A stretch of DNA of 64,000 bases from a virus: positions 4,999 through 68,998 of IMG/VR virus record IMGVR_UViG_3300045988_125828; one strand, 5' to 3'. The first letter of the stretch is position 1; every line of letters begins with the position of its first letter. The notes beneath the pieces are model-generated. The model saw nothing but the letters and a program-made list of their open reading frames with translations. It searched no databases and was not told where the DNA came from. Positions 59,944 through 64,000 of the stretch are shown one piece after another. Both the position numbers and the translations under genes were made by a program.

Positions 59944-60039
59944 CATGATTGAAATACTTATCGTACTGGGTAGCCTTTTATCGGGCTACCTCACTTTCCG
60001 AAAAAAGGGAGAGAAGTTCTTTTATTGAGTAAAATCTAA
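59944..60039 (+). CDS. possible micro membrane peptide, frameshifted relative to its paralog
   Basis: MIEILIVLGSLLSGYLTFRKK... An A7 run (60000-60006) shifts the C-terminal frame relative to 54933-55016. Confidence 0.2.
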
Positions 60040-60049
60040 AATTTATTAT

Positions 60050-60865
60050 ATGAAAACAAATCAAATTTTCCAGTACAATGGAAATCCTATCACTTTTTAT
60101 AAAGGTGATAACGTTATGGTGAACGCCACTGAAATGGCTAAGCCGTTCGGTAAATTGGTTGGTGATTGGATTAGATTGAAAACTACTACCGAGTTCGCAG
60201 AAGCACTTTCAGCCGATATGCAGATTCCCATATCGGCACTAATTCAAGTAGTTAAAGGAGGAAATAATGAACAAGGAACATGGATGCACGAAGATATTGC
60301 TTTGGAATTTGCCCGTTGGCTAAGTCCTGCTTTTGCTATATGGTGTAATAAGCGCATCAAAGAATTACTCCAATACGGCATGACTGCCACGCAGCCAACT
60401 TTGGAGCAGATGATAAACAACCCCGACCTTGTTATCAGTCTTGCAACACAGCTAAAGAGCGAACGCGAGGAAAAGCAAAGGATAGCTTGTGAAAATCAAA
60501 TCCTCAAAGAACAAAACAAAAACATAATTGAAGAAACCAAACCAGCCGTAACATTTACAAACGCTTTTAGAGGGGCGGAAAGTTCATGCCTTATCGGAGA
60601 GCTTGCAAAGCTCATTGCGCAGAATGGATATAATATAGGTGAAAAGAAATTGTTTGCTTGGATGCGCGAAAACGGATATTTAGGCAAACATGGAGAAAGG
60701 TATAATGTACCTAATCAGAAGTATATCGAACAGGGGTTATTTGTAATCAAAAAAGGTGTACGTTCCGGAAATAATGGAGTTTTGCATACCACTTTGACTA
60801 CAAAGGTGAGCGGCAAAGGCCAGGTTTACTTTGTGAATAAATTCCTTAATTCGTTTTCAATATGA
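60050..60865 (+). CDS. KilA-N / KilAC (ANT) antirepressor-like protein (copy 2)
   Basis: GTWMHEDIALEFARWLSPAFAIW is KilA-N-like. LAKLIAQNGYNIGEKKLFAWMRENGYL...NQKYIEQGLF...VSGKGQVYF is KilAC-like. 60372-60485 is closely similar to 55371-55484. Confidence 0.75.
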   Translation: MKTNQIFQYNGNPITFYKGDNVMVNATEMAKPFGKLVGDWIRLKTTTEFAEALSADMQIPISALIQVVKGGNNEQGTWMHEDIALEFARWLSPAFAIWCNKRIKELLQYGMTATQPTLEQMINNPDLVISLATQLKSEREEKQRIACENQILKEQNKNIIEETKPAVTFTNAFRGAESSCLIGELAKLIAQNGYNIGEKKLFAWMRENGYLGKHGERYNVPNQKYIEQGLFVIKKGVRSGNNGVLHTTLTTKVSGKGQVYFVNKFLNSFSI

Positions 60866-61053
60866 AGCTAACAGTATGCTGGACTGCAAGAGGCAGAAAC
60901 AAACGTTTTTATCACGATATATGCCGAAAATTCGGGATATCAGACTATATGAGCATCAACCATGAAACACCATGTGATATAAAGGATGAAGATATGGAGT
61001 TGCTGCGTGAATGTGAGAAGCGCGGATTTTTACAGATAAGAAAAAAGCAATGA
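60862..61053 (+). CDS. hypothetical protein
   Basis: 63-aa ORF, coupled by overlaps on both sides. Confidence 0.5.
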   Translation: MKLTVCWTARGRNKRFYHDICRKFGISDYMSINHETPCDIKDEDMELLRECEKRGFLQIRKKQ

Positions 61054-61229
61054 ATATTCAGGGATACCCAATTCTCTGCACCGGGAGAATCGAAAACAAA
61101 AGAACACTTCCCCGGTGCAGGCGATGTCCGTTGTTCAACAGAAGATATCCGGTTTATTCTTCATGGAGGATAGACGGAGAATGTTGCTGTGTAGCGGATA
61201 TTATTATAATTGATAAAAATATAACATAA
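61050..61229 (+). CDS. Cys-rich small protein (59 aa)
   Basis: MNIQGYPILCTGRIENKRTLPRCRRCPLFNRRYPVYSSWRIDGECCCVAD... ATGA overlap with the previous stop. Confidence 0.4.
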   Translation: MNIQGYPILCTGRIENKRTLPRCRRCPLFNRRYPVYSSWRIDGECCCVADIIIIDKNIT

Positions 61230-61231
61230 TA

Positions 61232-61789
61232 ATGGAAAAACTAACTATAAACGACCTACCCGAAGATGTCTTAGAGAGAATGAGAAGAGCAATTAGGGAG
61301 GACAGCCAAATGATTGCTCTAAAGAACAAGCATTCCCAGTATATAATCAACAGGCAATATGCCAAGGCTGTTTTGCTAAAGGAAAAGATGCAAAAGATAG
61401 AGGATCGGGTAATACGTGAATATCTTGACAGCTACGAAGGTGAAACGGAGAATATGCAGAGCCTAATGTCGGATATGTCACCCGAAGACAGGGAGTATAT
61501 CAATACTTGCACCAATGCGATTATTCTAATCTGTGACATGATAGAAACGTTTACAATGGACTTTAACCAAGTTCTTAAGAAATATCATCCTGATTACCGA
61601 TTGGAGATGTACGATAAGATAATGCAGGTAGGCAAAGAAGCTAAGGCCCATGTAAAATTCATGTCGGAGTATACGGACAATGTCTATCAGTGCTCATTTG
61701 CAGACAGCGCGGATGATATTACGGAGCTTGTTAGGAACAAGGCCCGTTCGCTAATACGCAAGGTTAAGGCTAAGGAGGAGAATAAATGA
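61232..61789 (+). CDS. hypothetical protein
   Basis: 185-aa ORF. Confidence 0.6.
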   Translation: MEKLTINDLPEDVLERMRRAIREDSQMIALKNKHSQYIINRQYAKAVLLKEKMQKIEDRVIREYLDSYEGETENMQSLMSDMSPEDREYINTCTNAIILICDMIETFTMDFNQVLKKYHPDYRLEMYDKIMQVGKEAKAHVKFMSEYTDNVYQCSFADSADDITELVRNKARSLIRKVKAKEENK

Positions 61790-61840
61790 AACTAATCTAT
61801 AACGCAATAATATTTCTCATGGACTGGCTTTCGATAGAAG

Positions 61841-62611
61841 TTGGAGAGGAGGAATGGTTTTGAAAATAATAAAATGAAAGAAATAAAACTTACACATGGT
61901 TCCCTTTTTAGCGGCATAGAGGGCTTTGGGTTAGGCGCTGCACTTGCTGGCATAAAGACCGAATGGAGTTGTGAATTTGAGGATTATCAATCGTTAGTAA
62001 TAAAGAAAAACTTTGGAGAAGAGCATGAGATCAATAGAGATATTAGAACGTATCAAAGTCCTCCGTTTGTTGACATCGTCAGCGGTGGATTCCCTTGTCA
62101 GGACATCAGCATTGCTGGGAAAGGCATCGGAATTATCGGTGAAAGAAGCGGCTTATGGACTGAGATGTATAGAATTATACGGAAAATTAGACCCCGTTAT
62201 GTTATCGTTGAAAACAGTCCAATGCTCCTTGTTCGAGGGTTTGAGCACGTCTTATGCAACCTTTCCGAAATCGGGTATGATGCTGAATGGCAATGTTTAT
62301 CGGGTACCGACTTTGGAATACAACAGGGTAGGGAGCGATTATATTGTATTTCCTACCCCAACGAAGTCAACGGCAAACGGAGCATGCAAGAATCGGTATT
62401 TCGGAAGCCCTACTTACCGGGGCAATATACACGAGTATATCCGGGATGGCGAACAAGACAGTCAATACCCTCACCCAAGTTTGTTGGAAAATATAATGAA
62501 CTTCCCAATTGGGTGGAGCGAGTGCAATGTTTAGGAAATGCGGTACAGCCGATAATTGCGCATTATCTGTTTGAGTGCATTAAGATATTTGACAGAAACA
62601 TAAAGAATTAA
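61841..62611 (+). CDS. DNA (cytosine-5) methyltransferase, compact
   Basis: FSGIEGF (motif I), GGFPCQDIS (IV), ENSP (VI), QQGRERL (VIII), GNAVQP (X). Likely start ATG 61874. Confidence 0.8.
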   Translation: MERRNGFENNKMKEIKLTHGSLFSGIEGFGLGAALAGIKTEWSCEFEDYQSLVIKKNFGEEHEINRDIRTYQSPPFVDIVSGGFPCQDISIAGKGIGIIGERSGLWTEMYRIIRKIRPRYVIVENSPMLLVRGFEHVLCNLSEIGYDAEWQCLSGTDFGIQQGRERLYCISYPNEVNGKRSMQESVFRKPYLPGQYTRVYPGWRTRQSIPSPKFVGKYNELPNWVERVQCLGNAVQPIIAHYLFECIKIFDRNIKN

Positions 62612-62638
62612 ACTATTCCGATAAGTGAAGTATATAAT

Positions 62639-63121
62639 ATGAATACACAATTTGAACGTTCAGCTAAACCTACCGATGAATGGTACACACCAAAAGAAAT
62701 AATAGACGCATTGGGGAAGTTTGATTTAGACCCATGCGCTCCGGTTTACCCGTTATGGAAAACCGCAGATGTAATGTACAACAAGGACAATGACGGGTTG
62801 CGTCAAGAATGGTTTGGAAGAGTTTGGCTTAATCCTCCCTACTCAAAGCCTCTGATGTGGCAATTTGTAGAGAGATTATCGGAGCATGGTAACGGTATAG
62901 CCTTGCTATTTAATAGATGTGATAGCAATAAATTTCAAGACATAATTTTTGAAAGAGCTACGGCGATGAAGTTTTTAAGAAATAGAATAAAATTCTTTCG
63001 CCCGGACGGTACTCGCGGAGATTCGCCCGGATGTGGCAGTATCCTCATTGCTTTTGGAGAGGATAATGCAGAAGTGCTAAGGACGTGTGATATAGCAGGT
63101 AAGTATGTACGAATCAATTAA
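62639..63121 (+). CDS. phage-type DNA N6-adenine methyltransferase
   Basis: DEWYTPKEIIDALGKFDLDPCA and WLNPPYS (the NPPY catalytic motif). Confidence 0.8.
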   Translation: MNTQFERSAKPTDEWYTPKEIIDALGKFDLDPCAPVYPLWKTADVMYNKDNDGLRQEWFGRVWLNPPYSKPLMWQFVERLSEHGNGIALLFNRCDSNKFQDIIFERATAMKFLRNRIKFFRPDGTRGDSPGCGSILIAFGEDNAEVLRTCDIAGKYVRIN

Positions 63122-63138
63122 ACTAACAACAATACATT

Positions 63139-64000
63139 ATGAAAAAGAAATTAACTCCTGATAATATTCAGGAACTTACAGAAAATCAGATATTCGTTTT
63201 TGGCTCAAACATGAACGGTAATCATGCCGGAGGTGCGGCAAGATTGGCAGTAGAAAGATTTGGTGCAGTGATGGGGCAGGCAGAAGGCATACAAGGCCAG
63301 TCCTACGCCATTCCAACGTTAGATAAGGATATGCAGAAAGTAACCGAGGAAGAGTTAATGACCTATTTAGGAAACTTCCGAGAATTTGCTGAAGAGCATC
63401 CGGAAAGGGAATTTCTGCTTACTGCAATAGGAACGGGAATAGCCGGATTTGACACAAACTATATGGCGTACATGATACTTAGAGCAAATCTTCCTGATAA
63501 TGTTACTCTGCCAAAGGAGTTTACCAAAATAAAAGGATACAAGGGTTTTAATCCGGATATGACATGCCGAGGGTTTAAATACGAAGAAGGCAAGGACTAC
63601 GAGGAGGAAGGAGAAATAGGAGCTTGCGAAAATGGATTTCATTTTTGTCTTCATCCATTGGATGTCTTTGGATATTATCCGCCTGCTTATATAGGTATGA
63701 ATAAGTTTCACGAAGTTGAGGGAAGCGGTTATATGGATGCGGATGAGGATGATACAAAGATCGCTTGTTCTAAAATACATATCGGAACAAAACTCGATAT
63801 AAAAGGGCTTGTGAAAGCAACCGTATCCTATGTAAAGGAACGGTGCACTAATAGGAATAATGCAAATCCTGGGTTTCCTGCGACCGCTGGTAATTATGGT
63901 GCTGCGACCGCTGGTAATAGAGGTGCTGCGACCGCTGGTGATAGTGGTGCTGCGACCGCTGGTAATTATGGTGCTGCGACCGCTGGTTATAGAGGTGCTG
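63139..64000 (+). CDS. multi-domain protein, 3' end outside the window
   Basis: ATG 63139, open to the window edge. N-terminal segment IFVFGSNMNGNHAGGAARLAVERFGA..GQSYAIPT. Middle segment CRGFKYEEG..CENGFHFCLHPLDVFGYY. Then ATAGxxGA octapeptide repeats. Confidence 0.7.
   Translation, partial: MKKKLTPDNIQELTENQIFVFGSNMNGNHAGGAARLAVERFGAVMGQAEGIQGQSYAIPTLDKDMQKVTEEELMTYLGNFREFAEEHPEREFLLTAIGTGIAGFDTNYMAYMILRANLPDNVTLPKEFTKIKGYKGFNPDMTCRGFKYEEGKDYEEEGEIGACENGFHFCLHPLDVFGYYPPAYIGMNKFHEVEGSGYMDADEDDTKIACSKIHIGTKLDIKGLVKATVSYVKERCTNRNNANPGFPATAGNYGAATAGNRGAATAGDSGAATAGNYGAATAGYRGA
63880..64000 (+). repeat. 24-bp tandem coding repeat (at least 5 units, truncated by the window)
   Basis: GCGACCGCTGGTnnnnnnGGTGCT repeated in frame, encoding ATAG(NY/NR/DS/NY/YR)GA. 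Confidence 0.9.

Noticed and set aside
62013-62534. 173-aa ORF overlapping the C5 methyltransferase in another frame
   Set aside because: The methyltransferase frame carries all the ordered catalytic motifs (I, IV, VI, VIII, X). The alternative frame has none.
63367-63780. 137-aa minus-strand ORF at the window end
   Set aside because: It lies antisense to the open plus-strand frame, which carries recognisable conserved motifs and in-frame repeats.
63880-64000. Regular short repeats that might be a CRISPR array
   Set aside because: The period is 24 bp with no spacers. The repeats are in frame with the upstream ORF and encode an octapeptide repeat.
1-64000. Integrated prophage with host flanks, IS elements, or rRNA genes
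   Set aside because: No housekeeping, transposase or rRNA-like sequence was seen. Phage-type genes run to both window edges, and the integrase/att region is internal.

Overview
The window reads as one near-complete temperate siphovirus-type phage genome from a Bacteroidales host. I saw no clear host flanks. Host-type evidence is the many TAnnTTTG -7 promoter boxes and the FASC/MAGC lipoboxes, one followed by acidic residues.

Layout:
- 1-2.7 kb (+): early/antirepressor-like genes.
- 2.9-31.2 kb (-): one long structural and lysis arm. In transcription order it holds scaffold, decoration, major capsid, connector proteins, major tail protein, chaperone pair, 1671-aa tape measure, a plus-strand lipoprotein moron, Dit-like protein, a 1540-aa tail tip/fibre, two paralogous receptor-binding-like proteins flanking a retropepsin-like protease, holin, M15 endolysin, a spanin candidate, and nine orphan small genes.
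- 31.5-37.2 kb (+): intein-bearing large terminase, portal, Mu-F-like head protein.
- 37.3-39.3 kb (-): primase-helicase, followed by an AT-rich origin-like region.
- 40.4-45.6 kb: small early genes, two tyrosine recombinases and an attP-like repeat field.
- 45.6-64 kb: immunity and replication/recombination region. It holds two HTH repressor-like genes with shared palindromic operators, RNase HI, excisionase-like HTH, annealing protein plus YqaJ exonuclease, SSB-like protein, HicAB, two antA/kilA modules, VRR-NUC, C5 and N6 methyltransferases, and a repeat protein running off the edge.

No rRNA, CRISPR array, transposase or reverse transcriptase was seen.

The most unusual content is non-coding:
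- a canonical tRNA cloverleaf whose anticodon stem encloses 47 nt instead of 7;
- about 370 nt of hairpin-rich, GNRA-capped RNA-like sequence immediately downstream of it;
- a second, degenerate tRNA-like element;
- two families of promoter-proximal terminator/antiterminator leaders with compensatory base changes. These suggest an antitermination-driven regulatory circuit.

Also notable are an Ala1 (class-3-like) LAGLIDADG intein in the terminase P-loop and an A7 -1 frameshift site that would add an Ig-like domain to the major tail protein. All functional calls come from motif recognition by eye and from synteny. No database search was run.
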